A DNA stretch of 64,000 nucleotides from Octopus bimaculoides (GCF_001194135.2 NC_068984.1:59092323-59156322), one strand, 5' to 3'; numbered from the stretch's first letter, positions 37,428 through 49,853 are shown. Numbers and translations: made by a program. Notes: generated from the letters alone by a model not told the origin.

Positions 37428-37735
37428 ATCAGGGAAATTTTTTACCCAATTACCCCAAAATATATTTATTTACACCGACGTTACTACCTTGATTCGAAAG
37501 GAAGAAAATCATAGATTCTTTGAATTCAAAAGTTTTATTGAATCTATTTATATGAATCTATTTACACATCCATTATATTGGACAGATGCAATGTTGCCAG
37601 AAGAAAACTTCCCGTCACAACAAGGAACACATTTTTCATGTAATTTTACTTATGTTTAATGAGTCCTCATTGCTCCCAAGAATTTCATTTTACCCCAGTT
37701 CACCAACCCCTATTCTAAAGAGGTTGAGAACCAAA
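37428..37735. mobile_element. Possible decayed hAT (Charlie-like) MITE
   Basis: Right end AGGTTGAGAACCA resembles a CAGTGGTTCTCAAC-type terminus, with TTACCCC subterminal motifs; left end poorly preserved. Confidence 0.3.
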
Positions 37736-37785
37736 TGCTATATTATAACATTGAATTGAAAATCTTGCTTTACTTCAACCCTCTT

Positions 37786-37995
37786 TTGTTCAATCCTCTT
37801 CTAATTCACTATTTTCAGAAAGCTAACTTATCCATAGATTTCTATGACTGTCATCAAAAATAGGCATGAAATTTACAGAGTTGTTAAAATATAGAACAAA
37901 GTGCTTTCTGTGTTCTGAGTACAAATCCTGCTGAGATCAGTTCTGCTTTTCATCATTTTAGGACATTACCAGTCCAAGGTGGTGCATTGCTGGTA
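37786..37995 (+). repeat. Local direct duplication, copy 1 (~210 bp; includes decayed SINE-B head)
   Basis: Matches 40210-40423; the first 78 bp (37796-37873) are identical. Confidence 0.9.
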
Positions 37996-38096
37996 TGCAT
38001 TCTAGCTGTGACCATCTCATTTTTATTTCGAGTAGTGAACAACTTTATCAAATGTTTCCCATTTTTTCAAGCCAATAAAAGATAAAGATCCTTCAT

Positions 38097-38330
38097 GAGT
38101 TATATAGACTCAAAGGGCCACTTTCCTGGTTCCCATGGTCCATATAAACCTTCCTGGATGAGATGCCAGTCTGTCACAGGATTATTCATTTTTGTCAGCT
38201 GAGTAGGTTAGAGCAACATGAAACGAAATGTTTTTCTCAAGAACATAATTCATCACCCAGTCCAAAAATCAAAATCACAATCTTACAATCATAAGTTTGA
38301 AACACTAACCATTAAGCCAGGCACCTCCAC
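38097..38330 (-). mobile_element. SINE-E-type, alternative tail, decayed
   Basis: Homologous to 6638-6897 (GAGCAACATGAAA.GAA.TGTTTT.CTCAAGA.CA). Confidence 0.7.
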
Positions 38331-40209
38331 TGTCAAACCAATATGGTAGTGTAATTTTGATATTCAGTTGCTATTTCCAGCATTATCAGTGACTGAGTAG
38401 AGGGTCCCTTGTTGACTTATGTTCCTCCGAACTGATAGTCTGTTGGTAACCATCTTCTAAAAGCTTTATTTACTTAAGATAGCTGAAAGTAGTTTCCAGA
38501 AGATTTAGTAACTTTCTGAATAAAGGCATGCACATTAAATGTAAAATGGAAAACTTTAAACAACTGCTAAATTCATACAAGATCTAATTTCTACTATTTA
38601 ACAAAATGCTACTCCTAATAAGTAGAACTAGTGAACTTCCCGACAAGTATCAGTCAGCAATACTGAATCCAAAAACAAATTATATAAATAATAAAGTTTA
38701 TGTTGAAATTTACAATTTCCTTTAACCTGTTGTATACTTACTTTGCCTCTTCTTTAGTTGGTATAATGATTTATATATCACCCAACAAAAATATTTCAGC
38801 TAAGCCAGTGTAAGTTACTTAGAGATGGTCATTACTGGAATGGCTTTGATCTTTGATGTCTGCTCACTTACTGATGACTAGGAGCTAAACAACCTACTTC
38901 AGCACCTTTACCTTAGCCAGAATATTTTAATGCATGCATGTTTCTATATCTTCATAATCTTTAACACCATCAATCCTTCTGTAGATTGCTACCAAACTAC
39001 ACTGTATTTACATTTATCTGTTGCAAGATTCTTGATGTGGAATCATATGTTGAAACAGATTTTGTTATACTTGGGGATGATCATGTTTTGCCAATTAAAC
39101 ACACACATTGTATGCTTCATCTTTATTTCAGCTTTATTATTATTATTATTATTTTTGTTTCTTAATCAAAGCTCTTTTGTCACACATCTTGTGACCTCTT
39201 TAACAACTCTTTATCCTGCATGTCTTCTGTTGTTCTGCTTTATCCATTCTGTCTTTCTGTGATATGTATTTTTATCTGTACATGTGTTTGCATCATTATC
39301 TGTGTCTGTGTGTGTGTGTGTGTGTGCATGTCTATATGTTTAGTATGTGTGTTTTGTGTGCATGTATATGGGTTTGCTTACTACAGTTTGTACCCATGTC
39401 TTTTATTTGGTTATTTTATTTATTCCTTTATTTACTTTTTTTGCTTTTTGTTTATCATTCCATCTTTAGTATGTGTATGTGTGTTTTGCGTCTGTGTATA
39501 AGGGTTTATGTATTATACTGCTTATATCTGTGTCTTTGTTTTCCTTTATTTCCCTAAAACAACCCTTCTAATCTCACTTGAATCTAGAAGAATATGATTG
39601 GGTTATGTGGTTATCAGTACAAACTTATTGTGAATCTGAGTTGAGAAATTTAATATAAATATGAATACAAAAATAGGTAGTAACTTTTGAAATAAATAAA
39701 TAAAAACTAAACAAGGAAAAAACTAGAAGTTTCATGCATTCTCTTTCAAGTATCCAAAACTGGAATTTGTTACTGTTTCTGTTGGGTGATCATTGTAATT
39801 TTTAGGATGAAACATTTTTTTTTTTTTTTCTGAAGTAATGTTCATCTTGTTGAAGTAATTTCCTGTCTGAAGGAAGAAAAGATGTCATTCCATATCAAGT
39901 GGACTGTGCTATAAACTTGCTTTGACATTTGGTTTGAAAATATTGCATCTGAGATTATTTTATCTTCTTCTCTTACTAATAATCACTGATATTTTCTCTT
40001 GAATTAACCTGTTCTCTGTTGTTATTCTTTCTCCCCCCCCCTTTCATTTTCTAAAACAATTTTATCTGCTTTCTTTTACAAAATCACATGGTTTTTACTT
40101 TGTAAACTTTGTCTACAACTTAACCTATTTCAGCTGACAGAATAGTTGAAAATAAACAGAAAAATCAATAATGATCACTAAAGTTACTACATTCTTTGTA
40201 ATTTAGCGG

Positions 40210-40423
40210 TTGTTCAACCCTCTTCTAATTCACTATTTTCAGAAAGCTAACTTATCCATAGATTTCTATGACTGTCATCAAAAATAGGCATGAAATTGGC
40301 AGAATTGTTAAAGTATAGAACAAAGTGCTTTCTGTGTTCTAAGTTCAAATCCTACTGAGATCAGTTCTGCTTTTCATCATTTTAGGATTGATATTACCAG
40401 CCCAAGTTGGTGCATTGCTAGTA
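40210..40423 (+). repeat. Local direct duplication, copy 2
   Basis: Matches 37786-37995. Confidence 0.9.
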
Positions 40424-41589
40424 TTGTCAGATGAGATGCCTTACAGTATTTGTTCCAGTTCCTCATTTTCTGGGTTCTTGAATGACTAAATTTCTTACTT
40501 AGTAGATGTAATGGAAATTGCTTCTGGAATAAAGTAATGTAATACAAAAATTAACACAAGAAAAATATATCTCTCACATTGAGAAGATAATTGGTTTATA
40601 AATTATTTGACTAAATGTTAAATGAAGAGATGAGGGGCATATTTAATATAAATTGAAAGTTTTCATGTTAAAGTAAAAGGTTAAGAAATAGTTGGGTTTT
40701 TTTTTGTTTGTTTTTTTAAGTTAGCACTGAGAATCTTAAACTGTTACTTAGTATAACACCACTACCTTGAATGTCTAGCAGAGTTCACTTTGTTGCTAGA
40801 ATTCAGACCATGTCACTGTTTGAGAATAACTTCCTCCCACTAGCATCAGAGCTCATGAAAAATAACAGGCCTTGAATGCTGCGTTTCCTTTCCTGATTAA
40901 AAAAAAAAAAAAGAGCAAGAGAGAGAATGAGTAACCCTTCTCACTAAACTAAAAATTCTTTCTGTAACATTATTGCAGATGCCTTTCAGTACTTGGCTAT
41001 TTTGTTTGAATTTTTCTTTACTATTTGCTCTTAATTATGTTTAAACAAAAATATAGAAACCTTTGGTCCTGTCTTTTATAGAAAATTACCTTTACTTGGG
41101 TAAAGTTTTTTTTTGTTCTGTTTTGTTTTGTTTTTTGTTTTTTGTTTTTTGTTTTTTGTTTTTTTAGTTATCTCTAAAATGACAATATAGTATTTATACT
41201 TCATACAATTAGTAAAATAGCTTTTATGTTTGTTGTTGATTATGTTGATTGGATACTAATCCATTAACTGATACATTCACAGTTCAAATTCATCACAAGC
41301 ATTGTGCTGAGTTTATAATTGGCTGAACCTGTATTAGCTCAGGAGACCTAACAATCTATGTATTATGTAGAGATAAAGCTTATTGCTTTTAACAGCAGGA
41401 CTCTAGTTTGTTAAGTGTTTTGATATCTTACATTCTTGTGCTAAATTCAAATCTTATCACATGTATAGCTTGCATAGATATGGACTCCACTAGATTGACA
41501 TATTTTAGCTGCTCTATATACATCAGTAGGATTGTCTTCTGTGGCCTTACTATCACCCAACAATTGTCAGCCTGCCAGGCTGATGAAGT

Positions 41590-41790
41590 AGCTTCTACAA
41601 GATTACCTGACTTCCTAGAAATAGTTGCCAAATCATCTTCCATTCACATGATGCTATCTTAGATACAACAGGCTACACTGGATTATGTAGCCCGAGGTAT
41701 AAGCCTAAAAAGACTGTGTGGTGATGGCTGGAAAGTTTTTGATCATAGACCTTCTCAATCAAAGTTGGTCCAAAGTAAACAACAACAGCT
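41590..41790 (+). repeat. Family D
   Basis: CTAGAAATAGTTGCCAAATC...GATGGCTGGAAAG...CAAAGTAAACAACAACAG. Confidence 0.6.
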
Positions 41791-41860
41791 GTGACAAAAA
41801 GGCCTCTGATCTTCTGTGCTTAAAACTTACTCACTTTCCATGATTTTCTTCATTTTACTA

Positions 41861-41917
41861 CCCTCTATCCATAGATTCTCCCTCTATCCATAGATTCTCC
41901 CTCTATCCACAGATTCT
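41861..41917. repeat. 19-bp tandem repeat x3 (CCCTCTATCCATAGATTCT)
   Basis: Two exact units and one with a single substitution. Confidence 0.95.
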
Positions 41918-42884
41918 AAACTGTCCCTTCTAGTATCTCTCTAGCTCGCACAACCTATCAATGTGTTTTCACCAATTATTTATCATATCTTCAGATATAA
42001 AACTAACAGATTAAATTAGTTTCATTATAATTGCTGCATTCATCTAGTTTCCCTCATCTATGATAGGGCTAGAAATCAGTGACAACTAATCTTCTTCTTA
42101 AGGCCAATCAAATAATGGTCATGCAGGAATTTATACAGTTATGCAAAAAAATTTTGTGTGCGTGATATAAGAATGATGTAGCTAGTATTTTTAGCACATC
42201 CCATGACCACCTGATACCTTCCTCCTTTCTTTGTCTCTCTGACATGTATTGATGTTTTTCAATATTTTTACCCCACAAATACATTTACTGGTATGATAAT
42301 GCACCCAAGGGTTGTCCATTGCTGGGATTTAAGCAAGAAATTCAAACTGTCTATATTTTAAACTCTGGCTTTAAAAAAAAGATTTGAAAAAGAGTGGAAA
42401 TTTTTAGGATTTATGGTGAAAGGGTTAATAGATTTTTTTAAGTAATTTTTTTTTTTTTCATAATCGTATGAATTCCCATATGTAGAAAAACAAGTTCACA
42501 AAACATTTTCTGAAAATGCCAAAACATGAAAAAACTTATGAGGAGTTATATGAGTTATATTCTGCTTAAACCAGAATTCCACTAAAAAATGTCACTTAAA
42601 AGAAAGAAGTGCAAAAATTACTTTCTAAACAAATAAAAAAGTCTTGGTTTTGGAAATCATTTGATTTATTCCCATTGGATAATATTGAGGGATGCACCTC
42701 GCAGCAAAATAAAACCAAGGGTAGTGGATATAATTTGAGGATATAAATTAAAGGTATTAGCATGTTTATTTGGAGTTTGTAAAATTCTAAAAATAGTAAT
42801 TAAATCTTACAGCTCAAAACACTGATTAAAATTATATTTTTAAATATTTTCAACTAAGAAATCATGGATTTATTTTACATTATG

Positions 42885-43115
42885 ATTTTCCTTTACTGGT
42901 TTCGGTCACTGGACTGCAGCCATACTGTGGGTGGGGGATTTGCAAACCTTCAGCTGTTTTAGTCACTCATCAGTTCCAGAGCATATTTCAGTCTGGTACT
43001 CAGTTTATCAACATATATTTGTTAAACTGCTAAGTTATATAACATAAACGGACATGACATAAGCAACACCAATTTTTAGACCACTGTAGACATGAACACA
43101 CACAAATATATGTAT
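42885..43115 (-). mobile_element. SINE-A 3' module, strongly decayed
   Basis: GGTTTCGGTCACTGGACTGCAGCCAT, AAACTGCTAAGTTA. Confidence 0.5.
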
Positions 43116-43254
43116 GTGACAGATCATTGAAGATGCAACTGCTAGAGGAAGAGAGGGATACACCTGCTTATTTTCAGCTGAGTATGTTCATGTTATTCTA
43201 TTTCTATCCAAATTTTTGCATACATTATTACATCATTTTCTTCTACCATATTGA

Positions 43255-43473
43255 AAAAGTGGTTCAAATTTTGGTACAAGGCCAGCAATTTCAAGGAGGA
43301 GACAAGTTTATTATATCAACCCCAGTGTTCAACTGGTAATTGTTTAATTGACCTCAAAGAGATGAAAGATAAAGTTCAACCTCAGTGGTATTTGAACTCA
43401 GGGCTTAAAGACAGACGAAATGCCACTAAGCATTTTGTCTAGTGTGCTAACAATTCTGCCAGCTTGCTGCCTT
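43255..43473 (-). mobile_element. SINE-B
   Basis: ATGAAAGATAAAGTTCAAC...ATTTGAACTCAG...GCCAGCTTGCTGCCTT. Confidence 0.85.
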
Positions 43474-43689
43474 TGGTTTTAAATTTTGACACAAGGCCAA
43501 TAATTTTCAAGGAGGGGGTAAGTCGATTACATTAAACCCAGTTCTCAACTGGTACTTATTTTATTGATCCCAAAAGGATGAAAGGCAAAGTTGACCTTGG
43601 CAGAATTTGAACACAGAGCATAAAGATGAACAAAATGCTTAATAGCATTTTGGCCATCATACTAACGGTTCTGCTAGCTCACCACCTTA
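43474..43689 (-). mobile_element. SINE-B (tandem with the previous copy)
   Basis: GGATGAAAGGCAAAGTTGACC...GCTAGCTCACCACCTTA. Confidence 0.88.
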
Positions 43690-43778
43690 CCATATTGAAA
43701 TATTGAGATGTACTTAGAATATCTGATTATAAGTGTTTGAATCTCACTCAGCTTATTGAGTTTTACTTATTTCATATA

Positions 43779-43819
<41 letters not shown>

Positions 43820-43821
<2 letters not shown>

Positions 43822-44144
43822 TGAGACCCCCCTTCGGTCATGACTGACCATGGGATTGCACCTAGGCACAAGTCTGGGCAAAGTTGTTTATAGAAGACCA
43901 GCAATCGCCCATGCATACTGGCCTCCCCTCTCCACGCCACCAGTGTTATCGAAGGGAAAGGCAAAGGTTGATACAGCTTGGCACCTGTGACATCGCAACT
44001 CGTTTCTACAGCTGCGTGAACTGGAGCAACGTGAAATAAAGTGTCTTGCTCAAGAACACAACACACAGCCCGGTTCAGGATTCGAACTCACAACCTCACG
44101 ATATGTAAGCTTGATGCTCTAACCACTGAGCCATGCGCCTTCAC
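43820..44144 (-). mobile_element. SINE-E, full length, inserted in (TA)n
   Basis: Minus strand GTGAAGGCGCATGGCTCAGTGGTTAGAGC...GAGTTCGAATCC (A/B boxes), GTGTTCTTGAGCAAGACACTT, tail CATGACCGAAGGGGGGTCTC; flanked by (TA)n on both sides. Confidence 0.92.
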
Positions 44145-44668
44145 TATATATATATATATATATTCTGAAAATCTATAAGTGTAGGTCTTTCATTGGACTA
44201 GCTGAGACTATAATCTTAGTCATTTTACACATTACAACAGAAACTGTTCTGTAAGGATTAAGAAATTCTATAACAAGAAATATATAATTAGAAATTTGTC
44301 AAGATTGTATAATGATTGCACCTTTATTCAGTTCAGTCATTCATAGTTCTTGAAGTTGTCTAAATTGAATTTGTGCTTAGCTATCCATGGAAGTTCTCTA
44401 TATATAAACTTCTTCCTATTGCTGTGAGTCTAAAAATAAGAAGGCAGAAATGTATATAACAAAATAAAGAGAAAAAGAAAAAAGCATACCTAGAATGGAT
44501 AGTGAAAAGACAAACCTAATTACACATTTTCTAGATTTTAAGAGATAATTTTGGATCTTATTAAGCCTTTGAAAATGATAAATGAAATTGTGCAGGTACT
44601 ATTTTGCTTCTTATTTTCATTGTTGTCAAGTCGTGGTCAGATCTAGCATCTGCACGTGTGTATGAATA

Positions 44669-44699
<31 letters not shown>

Positions 44700-44769
44700 A
44701 TGTGTGTATGAATATATGTGTGTGTGAGTGAGTGTGTGTGTGTGTGTGTGTAAACATACGCATGTACAC

Positions 44770-44915
44770 AAGCATTGTTGTGTGTTAAAAGATTAAGTAG
44801 TTCACTACCTAGTCACATGGCTTCAGACTCAGTCCTACTGCATGTCATCTTGGACAGGTATCTTGTACTACAGCCTTGGGTCAACCAAAGACTTATGAGC
44901 GGATTGGATAGACAT
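44770..44915 (+). mobile_element. SINE-A head, decayed
   Basis: GACTCAGTCCTACTGCATGTCATCTTGGACAGG...CAGCCTTGGGTCAACCAAAG. Confidence 0.6.
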
Positions 44916-45471
44916 TGTACATGTATATGTGTATCTATGTATATAAATTATAAAATATCTCTGAAGAGCTACAAAAATAATGAAACACGTCTGCAGCTTG
45001 TAATATATTACTCTTAATAAATTAAATATACTCTACAATAAAAATGTATTGAGTTCTTTCTTGAATTGTGGATTCACTAATCATATGATTAGATGCATTT
45101 GATATATATTTGTGTATGTATATGTAGAATATGGCAGAAGTGGTGGTGGACCAAACAAAAATACTTAATATTTAATTGGGTCCCATTCTGTTCCTTTTAC
45201 CACTATTTATACCTATGTCAACATTGCCTTTCATCTTACTTGGGTTGAAGGAATAAGTACTAGATAAAACACATTCTACAGGCTCACAAATCTAACTTCA
45301 CTATAAATACAGGAATTTGCTATATGAACAGCAATGGCTGACTTAATAGATTTTTATACCATAACTTATGTATTAACTGCTCAGATCTTAATTTTAATGA
45401 TTGCCTGGACACTGATATTGATAGTAAATTCTAATACTTTTTTTCAAAAAGTATAAAGTTAATACTTTTAA

Positions 45472-45624
45472 CCATTTTGTATTCAAATTATCTCATAGTT
45501 TCAAGTTTTTGAAGATGTGATTTTCTATTTTTAGAATGACATTGTAGGACCTGGATCTGACCAGTTTGAACATAAAACAGGTAGAATAGCTGGGCAGAAT
45601 TTAGCCAGCTTAAATGCCAAAAGG
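45472..45624 (+). mobile_element. TTAA-type (piggyBac-like) MITE, internally deleted
   Basis: TTAA|CCATT ... AATGCCAAAAGG|TTTA; shares TTTAGAATGACATTGTAGG with 49946-50168. Confidence 0.55.
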
Positions 45625-46094
45625 TTTATGAACCAGCTTCAGTTTATATAAATCTCAGAAGACAATGAAAACCACCACAATACTACAAAAGCAATTAATG
45701 AATTAACAAATCATTCAAAGTTTTGGCTTTACTAAGTGCCAGATTTTGAAATATGCCTCCTGCTTTGCAAGTGATTTCAGCCATAGTTGATATTTTAGAA
45801 AGATATACATACTGCTATCCTTAAAACTAAAATACTAAAAAATTGTGTTTTACTTCTTTCCCAGTATTTGTGATGACGTTCATCCTTTTTTAATGCTAAT
45901 ATTTCTTTTTGTTCACTTGCAGTAGCAAGGCTGCAAGTAAACAAAAGGATTTTATACAACCCCAGTGTAACAAACCAGATCAAGAAGTTAGATATAGAGC
46001 TATATCTCCCTCTAATCATATCCTCTAAGCTTAAAAAAGTAGTTGTATTAGATATTGCAGTCCTACACTAAAGTCTGATAAAAAAAAAGGACTG

Positions 46095-46350
46095 AATTGT
46101 CATGGCTGGTGTGTTTTTGATCATAGGACTGCTGGGTGAAAGTTGACTATGGTTTAAGCAACAAGGAAACCTTGACATGGTTATCTAATCTGCTAGAAAT
46201 AGCTGCTAGATTTCCTATAAATCACATCTTAAAATGGAAAAAATACATTAGAATATGAAATCCATCTGATAAAAGAGAGATGGTCATGATAGGAACAACA
46301 ATGATCATTGTTCTACTCAGTCAGAATTTACCAAAGTGGGGTTTAAACAG
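46095..46350 (+). repeat. Two family D copies
   Basis: CATGGCTGGTGTGTTTTTGATCATAGG; CTGCTAGAAATAGCTGC...GTTTAAACAGCAACAACAAC. Confidence 0.55.
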
Positions 46351-47351
46351 CAACAACAACAAAACCTTTAGTATATTACTATCAATTAATTGATCTTCTG
46401 GGCAACACGGTTTCCACCTGATCTCTTAAGCAGATGCACACAAACTCAAAGCTCTGAAAGCAGTTACCACAAAGTATCTGTGTGCCATAGTATCACTATG
46501 ACTGCCTTGCTCCTTAAGTCAGAAATAATTACAGATTAGGTAAGAAGGATCATAATGAAAACAAAAGGGGAAAGTATACTGTATGTCAGTAGTAGTGATG
46601 TGAGGGGGTGGATGAGGTTGTGCATCATTGAAGTAGAAGATATCAGGAAGTTAAATGAAGTAGAGGGAGGCAACCAGGCTGACCTTCTGACACTGGCCAA
46701 CTCGGTATTAACAACAGATGCTGCAACGATGATCTTTGCAGTGTACGTGAATGTAAGCACGTAAGGAATGTCTGTCTTGATGCTTCCCTTTCTCACTTTA
46801 TCTCTCTGTACATATCTTTCTCTATCTAGATCTATCTATCTGTTATATTCACCCCAAACATCATTTAATTTATTAGTTCATGAAATTCTTCTCACACGTC
46901 ATGCAATATTTACGGTCAGCAGCAATGACTTGTAGAACATGTAGTTGTTGTTATTGCTGCCCCCCCTCCTCCTCCCCCTCTTCTTTCGTCTTTCCTTATC
47001 CTCCTTCTCATTCGTCTTCTTCTCTTCCTCTTCCAGTGAGTCAGTTGAACATAGTCCTCAGTTTGCCAATGAGGATTGAACTTGAGCTCACCAATAATTA
47101 CATATCATACTGGTTATGCTGACATACATAACCTCATTGCATACTATTTTCTAAGAATACCTAACTCATACTCTCTATCTCCATCCTCTTTCTTTCTCTC
47201 ACATGTTCTCCACTCTCTTGCTCCTCCTTCTTTCTCTCCCTCTCCCCCTTTCTCTCTCTTTCTCTCTCTCTCATTTGCTGAAACAACAGATTTCCTCATT
47301 TTACACATAATTAACAATGGCATTGCACATACACACACACTCACACAAACC

Positions 47352-47383
<32 letters not shown>

Positions 47384-47463
47384 GCATCCAATACGTATTT
47401 TGTGTGTTTGTCACAGTTTGTGCTCTCTGTTTGTATTTATGTCTATGTGTATGTGAGATAGAC

Positions 47464-47522
<59 letters not shown>

Positions 47523-47929
47523 AGGAGGGAACATATGAGTTTATGTGACAGAGAGAGTGAAAGGGAGAATATTTGTATGCGAAATGGAGAGATAGATAGA
47601 CAGAGAGAAAGAGAGTGATTGTTGGAATCTTGGCACCTAAGAAGTAAGGTGTAACTGCTACACTTGTATTTCTTGATAATGATGATGCAACATGTGGATC
47701 TGTCGAGTTATCTACATGCATTTCTGAAAATGCACACACTGACAGGACAAAATATACTGGGCCACACTCTTCTACTCACTCCCACATGTACATGTATGCA
47801 CTTGGCTGGACATGCATTTACACACACACATATAGAGAAGTGTTTGTGTGTTTGAGTGTGTGTGAGAAAAATAAACATGCATGTGTGTGTGTGTAATATA
47901 CATATGTATGTATATATATGCATGTAATA

Positions 47930-48799
47930 CAGGGTGTCCCAAAAGTCACTGATAGGTTTCAATTTTTAATAACTTTCTTAACTTTACAAATAAATGCATG
48001 AAATGTTAATACAATATAAAGAACATAATGGAAATTAATATGCACAAGTCAAATTTTGCAACACCACTACATCACATATGAAAAATGACATCGCTTAAAT
48101 GGTAACCATTTTCGCTTTCGCATACCCGTGCTCTTTCCAAAGCTTGCACCATAACACCCTCAAGAGTTTCAGACCCCCACTTCTCTGATTTCTCTATTGA
48201 TCTTCTCTTTCAATTACATCAGATGACGGAAATGCTGTCACAGTGACTGGAGAATGGTACAGAATCATGATTGAGACCTTTTTGCACCTGGCTATTCAAA
48301 GTAGACCTCACACATGGTTCCAGCAAGATGGGGCAAATGCTCATACCGCAAGAGAAACAATGCAGTTGCTATGGCAGTGCTTTGGAGAGAGAATAATCTC
48401 CCACTTCAGCAATGTCAACTAACCTTCATGTTCCCCAGACTTGACTAGCCCAGATTTTTCTTATGGGGATACCTGAAAGAGAGGATTTACGTCAACAAAC
48501 CAGAGACCCTGGTACAACTGAAAGAGAACATCAATAGAGAAATCAGAAAAGTGGGGTCTGAAACTCTTGTGGGGGTTATGGTGCAAGTTTTGGAAAGAGC
48601 ATGGGTGTGCGAAGCTGAAAATGGCTGTTATCTAAATGATGTCATTTTTCATATGTGATGTAGTGGTAGTGCAGAATTTGACTTCTGCATATTAATTTCC
48701 ATTATGTCCTTTACATTGTATTAAAATTTCATGCATTTACTTGTAAAGTTAAGAAAGTTCTTAAAAATTGAAACCATCAGTGACTTTTTGGACACCCTG
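47930..48799 (+). mobile_element. Tc1/mariner DD41D (rosa-type) non-autonomous element with ~285 bp terminal inverted arms
   Basis: TA|CAGGGTGTCC ... GGACACCCTG|TA; internal WFQQDGANAHT...N*PSCSPDLTSPDF.LWGYLKE with 41 residues between the 2nd and 3rd D; 47930-48215 is the reverse complement of 48516-48799. Confidence 0.92.
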
Positions 48800-48819
48800 T
48801 ATATGTATGCATGTATTTA

Positions 48820-48864
<45 letters not shown>

Positions 48865-48966
48865 ATGTATATGTACATATATGTATAGGTGAGTGTTTAT
48901 ATATGTATATGATATATATGTATGTATGTGTGTACGTATATATATATATATATATATCTATAAATA

Positions 48967-49210
48967 CACCATTTTGAGCATGGCCGTTGCCAGTACCGCC
49001 TGACTGGCCTTCGTGCGGGTGACACGTAAAAGCACCCACTACACTCTCTGAGTGGTTGGCGTTAAGAAGGGCATCCAGCCGTAGAAACTCTGCCAAATCA
49101 GATTGGAGCCTGGTGTAGCCATCTGGTTTCACCAGTCCTCAGTCAAATCGTCCAACCCATGCTAGCATGGAAAGCGGACGTTAAACGACGATGATGATGA
49201 TGATGATGAT
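48967..49210 (+). mobile_element. RTE-type 3' tail (family F), young
   Basis: Near-identical to 3365-3600; (GAT)n tail; inserted after a (TA)n tract. Confidence 0.9.
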
Positions 49211-49398
49211 GCGCGTGTGTGTATGTATGATATGTACATTTATGTATATATGTACATGTGTGTGTGTGTGTTTTGCTCAGGTCAAAGTTTACTGTAGGTG
49301 GCAACTGCATGCTTGTATCTGTCGCCACTGATAGGAAAACTGTATTTCAGAATGAGATCTACATCTTCTTTAATATCATGGAGCATACATATACATAT

Positions 49399-49450
<52 letters not shown>

Positions 49451-49451
<1 letters not shown>

Positions 49452-49620
49452 TCACAGGCATGACCATGTGATTTAGAAATTTGATTCCTAACCACGTGGT
49501 CCCAAGTTCTGTCCTAGTGAGTGGCACCTCAGGTATGTGTCTTCTACTGTAGACTGTCCAAAACCTTTTGAGTGAATCCAGTAGGCAGAAACTGAAATTG
49601 CCCCCATCATATGTGTTCAT
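49451..49620 (+). mobile_element. SINE-A head, decayed
   Basis: GTGGCACCTCAGGTATGTGTCTTCTACTGTAG...GCAGAAACTGAAA. Confidence 0.65.
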
Positions 49621-49763
49621 AATATAAAAGTATGCCGTCTTCCTGCCACACACATACACACAAATACAAATCATTTTCTCTGGAATTCCTTCTCTGCCCA
49701 CATTATTTCTACATGTGTTCACATACAGATGCTCAAGCTGAACATCAAGGACCTCAGTTTGGC

Positions 49764-49853
49764 TAGTTGATGGTGGGGCAGGGGCACACATAGTTGATGG
49801 TGGGGCAGGGGCACACATAGTTGATGGTGGGGCAGGGGCACACATATTGATGG
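49764..49853. repeat. 27-bp G-rich tandem repeat x3.3 (TAGTTGATGGTGGGGCAGGGGCACACA)
   Basis: Three exact units at 49764, 49791 and 49818, plus a partial fourth. Confidence 0.95.

Noticed and set aside
41580-41605. CTGATGA-A-GTAG(CTT)CTAC hammerhead-like start (similar strings at ~51209 and ~54890)
   Set aside because: No GAAA after stem II and no stems I or III.
41861-41917. CRISPR-like array (also 49764-49853)
   Set aside because: Units are contiguous with no unique spacers, in a eukaryotic context without cas genes.
44961-44991. CTGAAGA...GAAAC-AC-GTC hammerhead candidate
   Set aside because: Stems I and II cannot pair.
45854-45890. KKDERHHKYWER resembling the PAR/NFIL3 bZIP KDEKYWERR motif
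   Set aside because: Spacing is wrong and no RRKNN.AAKRSR continuation is found, so no gene symbol is assigned.
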